64,000 nucleotides of DNA, taken from positions 124,001 to 188,000 of the IMG/VR virus record IMGVR_UViG_3300031707_000001. One strand, 5' to 3'. A program made the translations under genes and the position numbers. Below are positions 29,696 to 38,173 of this stretch, piece after piece (position 1 is the first letter of the stretch; each line of letters begins with the position of its first letter). Below the pieces are notes generated by a model, which did not search any database, was not told the origin of the DNA, and saw only the letters and a program-made list of their open reading frames with translations.

Positions 29696-30315
29696 TGCCT
29701 ATGGATCCAGCTACAATTGGTAAGGTGTTGAAAGTACTTGGTGGTGCGACTGCCGGTGGCGCCCTTGGCTATTACGCCAACCCTGAGTTGTTTGGCTATC
29801 AGGAGGTACCGGCAGCTCGTCGTACATCCATGACGCTTAATGCTGTTTTGGGTGGTTTACTTGCAGGTATGGGCAAGGGTGGCATAAAGTCAGTATGGAA
29901 GGGCCCTGTAGGGGAGACTTCAGGCAAATCCCTATCCAGACATCTGGCTATGCTAACAGCCCCAGCAATGGGCGAAACAATTCCGATCGTACAGGCCGGG
30001 TTACATCAGCAACGGGAAGCTGCTCGGGACGTGGGCAGCGCAGCCAGGGAACTAGCACAGTCGCAGGAGCAGTACAGTATACCTGGAGGCCTCAAACAGT
30101 TGCTTACCAGCAACGTTGGACGTGGAGCGGGTATGGGAGCTGCAGGGGCGGGATTGGCTGCCATTCTTACAGGACTTAAGCGTCGGCAGACAGAAGGAGA
30201 ACTGGAAGAAAGGACGCCTCGTGGACACATGGTAGGGAAGGATTTCCTAAAGTATTTGATACCTGCCGTTCTAGCCGGTGGCATTGCTGGCTCGTTCGTG
30301 CCAAAACAACAATGA
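29695..30315 (+). CDS. Glycine-zipper protein
   Basis: Several GxxxG hydrophobic segments. Confidence 0.55.
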   Translation: MPMDPATIGKVLKVLGGATAGGALGYYANPELFGYQEVPAARRTSMTLNAVLGGLLAGMGKGGIKSVWKGPVGETSGKSLSRHLAMLTAPAMGETIPIVQAGLHQQREAARDVGSAARELAQSQEQYSIPGGLKQLLTSNVGRGAGMGAAGAGLAAILTGLKRRQTEGELEERTPRGHMVGKDFLKYLIPAVLAGGIAGSFVPKQQ

Positions 30316-30345
30316 AATACGAACAACATAACGAAAGACGAATAT

Positions 30346-31230
30346 ATGAGAACGATGGCCGCAGGTCCGTTCGTCGGTGAATTCGGCTACGAACTTTTCG
30401 ACTGGCAAGGTTATCTTCGTACACTTGCTTCAACATTTGATCGTGTAATCATATCCACTCGCCCTGGCCACGAAGCACTTTACACTGATTTCTGTCAGGA
30501 ATTTCGGCCTTACTTTTCGCCTACACCAGCTTGTGTAGGTCGAAAGAACTTCATAACATCTCTTCCTGAAATTGTGTCCAAAGATGTATTCGCTGACATG
30601 AAGGATCCTAGGATTATTAAACTTCCTGGTGGTCAGCAATTCAGAGACACAGCGCCCAAATACATCAGGTATGGTGTTGCTTCGCCAGAGCTGAAGTATG
30701 ACGTAGTGTTACATGCACGATCTCTTAAGATTGTACCCAAAACTAAACTGGGTCTTTCGGCTACCATGAGAGCGCTTAAGGAAGCTAGAAACTGGTTACC
30801 GGAATATTGGGTTGAGTTGGTTGGTTTGTTACCTGGATTTCGCATTTGTTCCATTGGTGCCATAGATGGTGCACTACATGTTCCCGGTACAGAAAATCTA
30901 TTGGGAAAGCCTTTACGTGAACTAGTAAACGTATTGGCGAGCAGTACGGTAACTGTAGGCCCGTCGAGCGGCGCCATGCATCTGGCAACGTTGTGTGGTT
31001 GTCCACAGGTAGTATGGTTTGACCAGGATGCAGCAGCAGGTCCTGCTAATCTAAACGCTCGGTACACCCACGATTGGAATCCTTTTGGGGCCTACGTAGA
31101 GCTTATTTCTGATTCCTGGAAACCTACACCGGTTCGTGTAGCAGATGCCATCAAACGTACTTTTGAACTTCTTTCCAAGTCTCCGGAACGTAGAGCTTCC
31201 ACACCCGTTCCCGTTGGTGTTCCCGCCTAA
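30346..31230 (+). CDS. Glycosyltransferase, GT-B/GT9 (heptosyltransferase-like)
   Basis: RNW..EYW.EL; VGPSSGAMHLATLCGCPQVVWF. Confidence 0.8.
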   Translation: MRTMAAGPFVGEFGYELFDWQGYLRTLASTFDRVIISTRPGHEALYTDFCQEFRPYFSPTPACVGRKNFITSLPEIVSKDVFADMKDPRIIKLPGGQQFRDTAPKYIRYGVASPELKYDVVLHARSLKIVPKTKLGLSATMRALKEARNWLPEYWVELVGLLPGFRICSIGAIDGALHVPGTENLLGKPLRELVNVLASSTVTVGPSSGAMHLATLCGCPQVVWFDQDAAAGPANLNARYTHDWNPFGAYVELISDSWKPTPVRVADAIKRTFELLSKSPERRASTPVPVGVPA

Positions 31231-31915
31231 AAGCTACAAGTTTTTCGTCTGCATTTCGTTTCAAGGCGCAGACGTCGTGTGTAGCTGGATTTTCTTCCAA
31301 CCAGCCTTTTTGATGTGCCAGTACAATTGCTGGAATCCTGCTTTGCTGCATGATCCAGCCTACTTGGTCATCAATCTTGCCTGGAAGAAGTTGATGCCAT
31401 TTGATTCGCAATAAGTCGGTGTGGTAACCCATTGTGCCCGTACCCAAATGATGCACGATAACATCTTTCGATACATCGCCTGCCATATGAACTAAGAGGT
31501 ACGTTGAGGGTTGCATGCCATCTTGGGGTTCAGCATAGAACAGGCCATGAAAAGCAACTACAGCCTGACGTTTGTACTTTTCGATTCCTTGGATCGTGGT
31601 CCAAACGTAATTTGGAGGATATACAATATCATCGTCAGCAGTAATGAAATATCCGCATGTTCGGGCGGCGTAGTAAAACTTTCCTCGTGGACCCGTTTCT
31701 CTTGGCTGTCGAATGACATTGACTTTTGGATCGTCGAAAATTTTATTGTAGTAGCCTATTGGATATCCGTTGAGGCAGACATCAAAGTGATCGCATTGTG
31801 GGAGCAATGCTTCTATGGTACATTCCATTCCAATCTCTCGTTCGGGAATGGTAGCCATGGATACGGTTATCTGTTCGTTGTCATTCAGCGGACTTACCGA
31901 CGGGAATTCGTTCAT
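31151..31915 (-). CDS. Glycosyltransferase, GT-A fold (GT2-like)
   Basis: VSMATIPER; ITADDDIVYP (DxD motif); GTG; DD. Confidence 0.8.
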   Translation of the reverse strand: MNEFPSVSPLNDNEQITVSMATIPEREIGMECTIEALLPQCDHFDVCLNGYPIGYYNKIFDDPKVNVIRQPRETGPRGKFYYAARTCGYFITADDDIVYPPNYVWTTIQGIEKYKRQAVVAFHGLFYAEPQDGMQPSTYLLVHMAGDVSKDVIVHHLGTGTMGYHTDLLRIKWHQLLPGKIDDQVGWIMQQSRIPAIVLAHQKGWLEENPATHDVCALKRNADEKLVAFRREHQRERVWKLYVPETWKEVQKYV

Positions 31916-31916
31916 A

Positions 31917-34742
31917 TTATGCTCCTGCGATCATTCGTGGTAGCTGTACTACGTTGCTATTCGTTACCATACGTAAAACAATAGGCTCACCAATAATGTA
32001 TTTGTTCCAAATCATTCTGTCAAGAATCCAATACCGGTTGCGGTCGATGTCGAAGTCTTTGGCGGGGTGAATATGGTTGTAGCGTTCAAAATCTACACTA
32101 AGACTAGGCGGATTGAATACATTGCTATGTCGTCCCCACACATTTACAATATTGACTACACGGTGATCTATACAAACACAATCTTGCATCACGAAGATAG
32201 TAGGCAGATTGTCCTGGAGTTCTTTTTGGGTTGGAAATCCTTGGACGACACGAATAGGGCTCTTGTTCTCTGAAATTACTTCACCTAAGGCTTGCATGAA
32301 CATGTAGATGCAACTGATGCCATTGGCGGTGTAATAGTGCTTGATTACGTTTTCCATTTTCGTGTTGATGGGAACCCCAAGCGTACGGCACATGAGATGG
32401 TAAGCAGCCACGGCCGGAATTTCGGTATTGCGAAAGTCAGAGCGTTCTTCCACCGTCAATGTTTGGCTGGTTAATTCAAGCAGGATGCCAGGCAAGCTGG
32501 CTTGAAGTTGCATAATGTCTTCTGGTGCCAACGTATAGGTCTGTTGGGCCGTATAATCCGGGGTATCGATAAAGCTGATGCGGCTGTCACCCGTCAAAGC
32601 GATTGCAACTTCACTGTCAACAACTGATATGAGATTGACATCCAGTTCACCCAAAAGCTGCTTAATGCGATTGCAGGAAATATTGGGAAGTATCTGTATG
32701 CATGGCAGTGCGCCCAACTGCGATAGCTTCGCCAGATATTGTGTTACCTTTACGCTGGGCATGCGGGATACCTCATCGATATCGGCAAAGAGTTGATTCA
32801 GTTGTAGGTAAATAGGTGTCCAGATACCGGGGGTGGGTTCAACAAACAGCAAATGCTGTGGCACAGGCATTACCTTGTTTTCGTGACGGATTAGAGCGGC
32901 GATCAGATTATGTACGATGTGGCAAAAAGCGAATAAAAATCCGGCGATGTAAGGGTTTGTTTCGGCAACTTCCAGAAGTCTGCGCATGCTTGTGGACGAA
33001 TCGATAACAGCTGCTTCGTACCGCAATCCGTTGTAAAGCCGTAGAATGTCACGATCCAGTGTGAATACCTGATGTTGAGGCTCGACAAGTTTTCGGGCTG
33101 TATCAAGCACGAAATTTGGAAAATGTATCAGGGAGGAATTCACGCCAAGCGTTACGATTTCGTGGCGTACGTTTTTCCCTTCTGCCAATTTTGCCAGGAT
33201 ATCGGGCCAGGCAAATCCTTTTATTTCATAGAATGCAGGGTAGATCGATAGGCCTTGCCCAATAAAGACGCTACGGACGGCCTGCCGAAGATGGGCGGCC
33301 GATGTGAAAGCGTTCGAATGTAGGACTGCCGTAATAGCTGGGCCATCGCTGTCTGCACGTAATTTACAGACATATTTGATATCTTCACTTCGAGTCAATA
33401 TGCATTCTTCGACGGTGATGGCCACGTTGCTTAGTCGACGTTCTTCATTGTCAAATCCTAATGCCAAAAGTCCTGTGGTCGTCTGACGCAGTTCCCTGCC
33501 ATTAGCCAAACGTATTACGCTTTGTGGAAGCTGTCCGATTGTTTCGAGCAACGTAATCAATTCTGGAGGCACGACCATCGTGGCTGCCTTTTCGAGAAGC
33601 TCCGTACGTTGTTCCTTGGTTACGTTGTTGCTTTCAAAAGCTTTATAGATGACTTCGACATCTTTGTCTTCGATCAACTTGGCGAGCTTGTGTATGATCC
33701 ACGTATTCAAGGCTTCAGCAACGTGGTTGGGCTTAAGTGTTGGCGCTTCCAACGTATGGAGCGGAATGCTTTCCATCGGCCGGCCTTCAGGACCAACAAA
33801 GATAGGTACCTTCTTGTCCGGATGACCTTCAACAACTTCCGGGGCTGAAAATAGATGAAGGGCAAAAGCAAGGCTGAACTTGTATTCCTTGCTCGGCAAA
33901 ACTATGAGCCGTTCGATGTTGCGAAACCGGTGGGGTAACGGTAGGCCAGCCAAGCCAACCAGCGGCGGAGGTCGGGTTGAATATTCAGACCACCGCCGGT
34001 ACAAGTTGCAACAGACCATTTCGCTGGTAGCAGCAAAAAGGTCCTTGGTCGTATCCGAAACGTTGTTTTCCATGAACAGACCGATGTCCTTACGAACGAT
34101 CGGTATGGTTTGACTTGGAAGTGAATCTTCATCAAAATTCTGTACCCGAACATGCGTTACTTGTCCGTTGTACGTGTAGGGGTAAAGCGCACAGTGGGCT
34201 TTGCTGTGAGGTTTGAGTCCACGCAAGACTGGGGGTAAATCGTCTGGAATGAGCAATCCCAGCGTCTTGGGTACGTCATTCAGCGTCTGGCTGCCATATT
34301 GCAGGGCGCCGTGGGCAGCCATTTTATTGCGGAGCTTGGTGCCCTTAAGTGACTTTCTGATAGCGTTTTGTGTCTGAAGAAGGTAGTTGGAAATAGCCAA
34401 CTGGTTGGATTTGGAGTTGCGATACTCGTCTAACTGGCTGCCTGTAAAGTCTTCTTCAAGTATCGAAGCAAGTTCTTGTCCGGGAAGAAATAATCCAAAA
34501 GCTTCGTCCAACGAGATTTTTCGGACCTGCGCCAGCAGCATTACGGCATCCCCACTGAAATTGCAGTGGCTCTCGTTGCAGGTGAAACGCCAGGCGCCAT
34601 GGTCCGGATCACAAGCATCCCGGGCGATTCGAAGTGTATTTCCTAGGCCCGAATGGAGGGGGCAGGGCTGCAACGCTTCGGGTGTCGGATTCGTTATTGT
34701 GCAGCCAAGCTTCGTAAGAAATTCTATCCAGCGAATCTGCAT
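31917..34742 (-). CDS. Large primase-like protein with an N-terminal zinc-binding domain
   Basis: CPLH...FTCNESHCNFSGDAV.L......S..EA resembles the CHC2 zinc finger of DnaG. Downstream catalytic motifs are not recognisable. Confidence 0.5.
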   Translation of the reverse strand: MQIRWIEFLTKLGCTITNPTPEALQPCPLHSGLGNTLRIARDACDPDHGAWRFTCNESHCNFSGDAVMLLAQVRKISLDEAFGLFLPGQELASILEEDFTGSQLDEYRNSKSNQLAISNYLLQTQNAIRKSLKGTKLRNKMAAHGALQYGSQTLNDVPKTLGLLIPDDLPPVLRGLKPHSKAHCALYPYTYNGQVTHVRVQNFDEDSLPSQTIPIVRKDIGLFMENNVSDTTKDLFAATSEMVCCNLYRRWSEYSTRPPPLVGLAGLPLPHRFRNIERLIVLPSKEYKFSLAFALHLFSAPEVVEGHPDKKVPIFVGPEGRPMESIPLHTLEAPTLKPNHVAEALNTWIIHKLAKLIEDKDVEVIYKAFESNNVTKEQRTELLEKAATMVVPPELITLLETIGQLPQSVIRLANGRELRQTTTGLLALGFDNEERRLSNVAITVEECILTRSEDIKYVCKLRADSDGPAITAVLHSNAFTSAAHLRQAVRSVFIGQGLSIYPAFYEIKGFAWPDILAKLAEGKNVRHEIVTLGVNSSLIHFPNFVLDTARKLVEPQHQVFTLDRDILRLYNGLRYEAAVIDSSTSMRRLLEVAETNPYIAGFLFAFCHIVHNLIAALIRHENKVMPVPQHLLFVEPTPGIWTPIYLQLNQLFADIDEVSRMPSVKVTQYLAKLSQLGALPCIQILPNISCNRIKQLLGELDVNLISVVDSEVAIALTGDSRISFIDTPDYTAQQTYTLAPEDIMQLQASLPGILLELTSQTLTVEERSDFRNTEIPAVAAYHLMCRTLGVPINTKMENVIKHYYTANGISCIYMFMQALGEVISENKSPIRVVQGFPTQKELQDNLPTIFVMQDCVCIDHRVVNIVNVWGRHSNVFNPPSLSVDFERYNHIHPAKDFDIDRNRYWILDRMIWNKYIIGEPIVLRMVTNSNVVQLPRMIAGA

Positions 34743-35302
34743 AACGTATTCCAGCGTTTTAGATAATCAATTGCTCGTTCTAAATACTTCGTGTTGTCGT
34801 GGAAGCTGCCCAGGCCTTTATTACAAGCACTACATAATATACCTCGAACTTGGTTGGTGTTGTGGTCGTGGTCCGTACTTTTATCTCGATCGTTTATAAA
34901 AACTTGTTGGCATATAGCACAAACACCATCCTGTTCAGAAATAAGTTTATTGCGCTCATCTAAGGTTATACCATAGTGTTTTTGAAAATACCAGTTTCTT
35001 CGTTGTTGGGTAGTACGTATTGTCCAATCATGATGCCACTTCCTTGCATATTCAAGATGATTTTGTCGCCAAAGTGTGGCCTTAACGCTTTGGTTTTTTC
35101 TATGACATTTTGGGCAACGGTACTGCGTTTTTCCGGTTTTGGTAAACGGTTTGTGGCAGTCTATACAAGTTGGAATTTTTTGCGTTCTAATTTTGTTACA
35201 AAGTTCAATACATTCAGAACAACGTTTCTGATAACGTATTCTGAAAAATTTCGTATGACAAAGTGTGCAGGTTGAAGTTTTAGGCATATGCTTCTTTTTC
35301 AT
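34724..35302 (-). CDS. Endonuclease VII-family HNH homing endonuclease
   Basis: YGITL...QDGVCAIC...DHDH.T.QVRGILC..CNKGLG.F.DN...L.RAI.YL; N-terminal CxxC repeats. Confidence 0.92.
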   Translation of the reverse strand: MKKKHMPKTSTCTLCHTKFFRIRYQKRCSECIELCNKIRTQKIPTCIDCHKPFTKTGKTQYRCPKCHRKNQSVKATLWRQNHLEYARKWHHDWTIRTTQQRRNWYFQKHYGITLDERNKLISEQDGVCAICQQVFINDRDKSTDHDHNTNQVRGILCSACNKGLGSFHDNTKYLERAIDYLKRWNTLCRFAG

Positions 35303-35306
35303 TGTT

Positions 35307-35444
35307 CTACTTGCCCTTGTTTCGTACTCTAGGCTTATTCCAATATGGACTTTTGCAGCGTGGACACCAACGTGGTATTTGTACCGTTCGTGGTAACCAC
35401 TGATGCTGACAACGATTGCATTGGACGCTTGATACTGTTATCAT
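35307..35444 (-). CDS. 45-aa zinc-ribbon protein, probably leaderless
   Basis: MITVSSVQCNRCQHQWLPRTVQIPRWCPRCKSPYWNKPRVRNKGK, translated by hand; not in the ORF track. Confidence 0.85.
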   Translation of the reverse strand: MITVSSVQCNRCQHQWLPRTVQIPRWCPRCKSPYWNKPRVRNKGK

Positions 35445-35450
35445 GTCTAA

Positions 35451-35480
35451 ATATTACTATGATCGTATGTTCTCTGTCAA
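35451..35480 (-). promoter_or_regulatory. Sigma-70 promoter for the minus-strand operon
   Basis: TTGACA-18 nt-TAATAT, with the ATG 6 nt downstream. Confidence 0.65.
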
Positions 35481-35559
35481 TTACTTTTCTAACATTTGCA
35501 ACTAGACAGTATAAAGTAAGCGTGATAAGCTATTGACGAACTTAAAAAAGGAGTTGCGT

Positions 35560-36657
35560 ATGGACTTGCTACACGATCTGAGTGGACGACGTTGGCTGGA
35601 ACTTGCTGATCGGCATGAAGCTATCATACCTGCGTATGTGATGACTTCGGAAATGCCAAGCAAAGAAGCTGCAGCAGAATTGGAAGATGCGTTGTTTGCG
35701 GATCCTGCTCGCAGACTCTTTCCTGTTGATACACCAGCGGCGACCTGGTTATCTGCAGCCTACTTCTTGAAAAATGCAGCAACACTTCCTTACAAGAAAG
35801 ACGAAAAGGCTTTCGTCTTGGCTCGCATCGAAAAGGCGGCCGAAATCCATGGGGTCAGGGGTGATACAGAAAAGATTGCCGCAGCCATTCAAGCAGAGGA
35901 TGGTACGGAAAAGCAAGCCGAAGATAACGATGAGAATTACGGCTGGGTCATGGTAAGCGAAGCCACGGGACAGGTACTTGCACGCAAGTATCCCATGTTC
36001 GACGATCGTGGCGTCAAAATGGCTAGCTCGTACTTCGACGAAAACCGCAGTCATTATCCGATGGCCATACGCCGGACGATCGCCCGCAACATTATGAAGC
36101 GGGCAGAAGTCCACGGCGTTGGCATCGATGAACTACATCCTTCGGTGTTGCGTGAGGCCGGCTATGGAATTCCTCGCAAGGACGTATTGATGGAGGAAAT
36201 CCTGGAACGAGCCTACCTGACCAAGGACGCTGAATGTGCTGTTCTACTGGCCAACATCAACGAGATGATTGCTGCTCTGCCGGAAGAAGACATAGCACAG
36301 AGCCTGGACAAGATTGCTGAAGTCATTGAGGCTTACGACAGGACGTCGGATCTTACTCGTTACTACGGCACGAAGATCCTGATGCCTGCCGACTTCCTGT
36401 TCGACGTCAATATGAAGACGGCGGAGGAACTTGTGGCCGATGCGGTTGAGTTGGACCGTCATGTGTTCAGCCTGACCAAGTTGGCGGAATTACCGGCGCA
36501 GATGTACCAGGAAATTCTTGGCGAAGAGTTTGCTAAGGCAATCGTCAAGTCCGGTACGACGCAGGTCGACAAGGAAAAGCTTGCCGATAATCTGTACTCG
36601 TTACCCAAGCCGGATAAAGTTGCCCTCGAAGAGCATCTCGCCGAAATCTTCGGTTAA
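35560..36657 (+). CDS. Hypothetical protein with an internal duplication and many K-x-A motifs (possible head morphogenesis)
   Basis: AAGGAG RBS. Repeated unit RLFPVD...SAAYF...IEKAAEIHGV / RKYPMFD...ASSYF...IMKRAEVHGV. Confidence 0.65.
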   Translation: MDLLHDLSGRRWLELADRHEAIIPAYVMTSEMPSKEAAAELEDALFADPARRLFPVDTPAATWLSAAYFLKNAATLPYKKDEKAFVLARIEKAAEIHGVRGDTEKIAAAIQAEDGTEKQAEDNDENYGWVMVSEATGQVLARKYPMFDDRGVKMASSYFDENRSHYPMAIRRTIARNIMKRAEVHGVGIDELHPSVLREAGYGIPRKDVLMEEILERAYLTKDAECAVLLANINEMIAALPEEDIAQSLDKIAEVIEAYDRTSDLTRYYGTKILMPADFLFDVNMKTAEELVADAVELDRHVFSLTKLAELPAQMYQEILGEEFAKAIVKSGTTQVDKEKLADNLYSLPKPDKVALEEHLAEIFG

Positions 36658-36684
36658 CAACCGTCGATCAAACAGGAGGTGCTC

Positions 36685-37350
36685 ATGATGGGGGAACTCC
36701 AGGCTAAGCAATCTGCTCTCCAGACGCCTGAGACCCTGGCCACCGTGGTCCATGCCATTGTGCGAAAGCAATATGGCGAGGACGCATATGGTTGGGATCC
36801 AACGACGGTCTTTCTGGAATTGCAAGCAGACTTCCATGCCGACGTCGATACAACAGTCTTGGACCGCTGGTCAGCCATTTCGGTTATCATGACCAGTGAT
36901 GCTTTCTTCAAACGGTTGGATGCCTTCATGGGCATTTGCAATACGCTATCGTCTGGAGAACCGTTTTTCCAAGTATTCGACCCGGTAACGACGGAAGAGG
37001 TAGCTTGGGCTGTTGCTGAGGTTTCCTTGAATAGGGAACTTCTGCCGTTCAGTTATCCCATTCGGAAGTACATGAGGATGATGCTGGAGCAAGACGGTTA
37101 TGATCCAATGAACTATCCTGATCTCTTTCAGGAAATCATGGGGAAGAACCCCCGTGCCGAGGAAATCCGGAAGATCATTGGTCCGAGTACAAATCCGAAC
37201 CAAGGAAACATCGACGGTTATATTGACGAGCAACTGAAGGATATGGTATACCAGCTCAACAAGATTCCTGATTTGAAGGATTTGGATGACATCATCCTAC
37301 AACGTTCAATGGACGAATTTGTTGGAACAGTGGTAAAGAAAGTCGTGTAA
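36685..37350 (+). CDS. Hypothetical protein
   Basis: AGGAGG RBS; acidic, 221 aa. Confidence 0.7.
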   Translation: MMGELQAKQSALQTPETLATVVHAIVRKQYGEDAYGWDPTTVFLELQADFHADVDTTVLDRWSAISVIMTSDAFFKRLDAFMGICNTLSSGEPFFQVFDPVTTEEVAWAVAEVSLNRELLPFSYPIRKYMRMMLEQDGYDPMNYPDLFQEIMGKNPRAEEIRKIIGPSTNPNQGNIDGYIDEQLKDMVYQLNKIPDLKDLDDIILQRSMDEFVGTVVKKVV

Positions 37351-37354
37351 TATC

Positions 37355-38173
37355 ATGGCAGAGTACGCTCCAGTAACACTCGGGGTGCAAAAGCAGGGAC
37401 CAAACGTCGCTCTGATCAAACAAGGTCAACCGAACCTGTGCAGGCAACCTGAGACGCCTTCGTGTTTACCTGTGGCCGTTACTGGAGCCACTCTGTCCAA
37501 TGCAGCAAAGAAGTATTGTTACAAATGCAGACAAGATGTTTCAATAACCTGTTTTCGTAAAAATCGGGCTAAGAAAGACGGATTAAGTGATGAGTGTAAT
37601 TCGTGTCATGCCAAATATCAAAGGTACCGATGGTGGCATCAAACGATTACAGAACAAATGCGTACTAAGCATTATGCTAGAAACAAGCGTTATAGTAAGA
37701 CAGAAAAAGGAAAACTGAGTCATAGAAGAAGCTATATTAAATGGGCGCATAGTGCGAAAGGTTTGCTTTCTATTCGGCGTAGTATCAAAAAATACAATAG
37801 TTCACCAACAGGACGTTTGCGTTGCAGTTTGACACAGCACTTGTATCGAGCATTAAAACAAAATAAAGCAGGGCGTGCTTGGGAACAATTGGTGGGATAC
37901 AATGTGCATCAGTTAAAGGCGCATTTAGAATCTCAATTTGAGCCTGGTATGACTTGGGAAAATTATGGCCGAAATGGTTGGAATATAGACCACATTGTTC
38001 CAATCGTTGAGTTTAGTAAATATGCATTTGATTCCTCAGCAATCCAAACGTGTTTTGCACTTTCCAATCTTATGCCTCGTTGGGAGACTACCAAGATTGC
38101 ACAGACGTATGGAAGCGCACAAATTGGAAATTTCAATAAAGGGTCCAAAATACTCCAAGGTATGACAATATGA
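37355..38173 (+). CDS. HNH homing endonuclease
   Basis: CYKC...KDGL...CNSC N-terminal zinc module; LKAHLESQF..GMTWENYG...WNIDHIVP...CF...NL...N..KG. Confidence 0.9.
   Translation: MAEYAPVTLGVQKQGPNVALIKQGQPNLCRQPETPSCLPVAVTGATLSNAAKKYCYKCRQDVSITCFRKNRAKKDGLSDECNSCHAKYQRYRWWHQTITEQMRTKHYARNKRYSKTEKGKLSHRRSYIKWAHSAKGLLSIRRSIKKYNSSPTGRLRCSLTQHLYRALKQNKAGRAWEQLVGYNVHQLKAHLESQFEPGMTWENYGRNGWNIDHIVPIVEFSKYAFDSSAIQTCFALSNLMPRWETTKIAQTYGSAQIGNFNKGSKILQGMTI

Noticed and set aside
37400-37440. Hammerhead ribozyme (GTC...CTGATCA...CGAAC)
   Set aside because: The core deviates from CUGANGA and GAAA, and the required stems are not evident.
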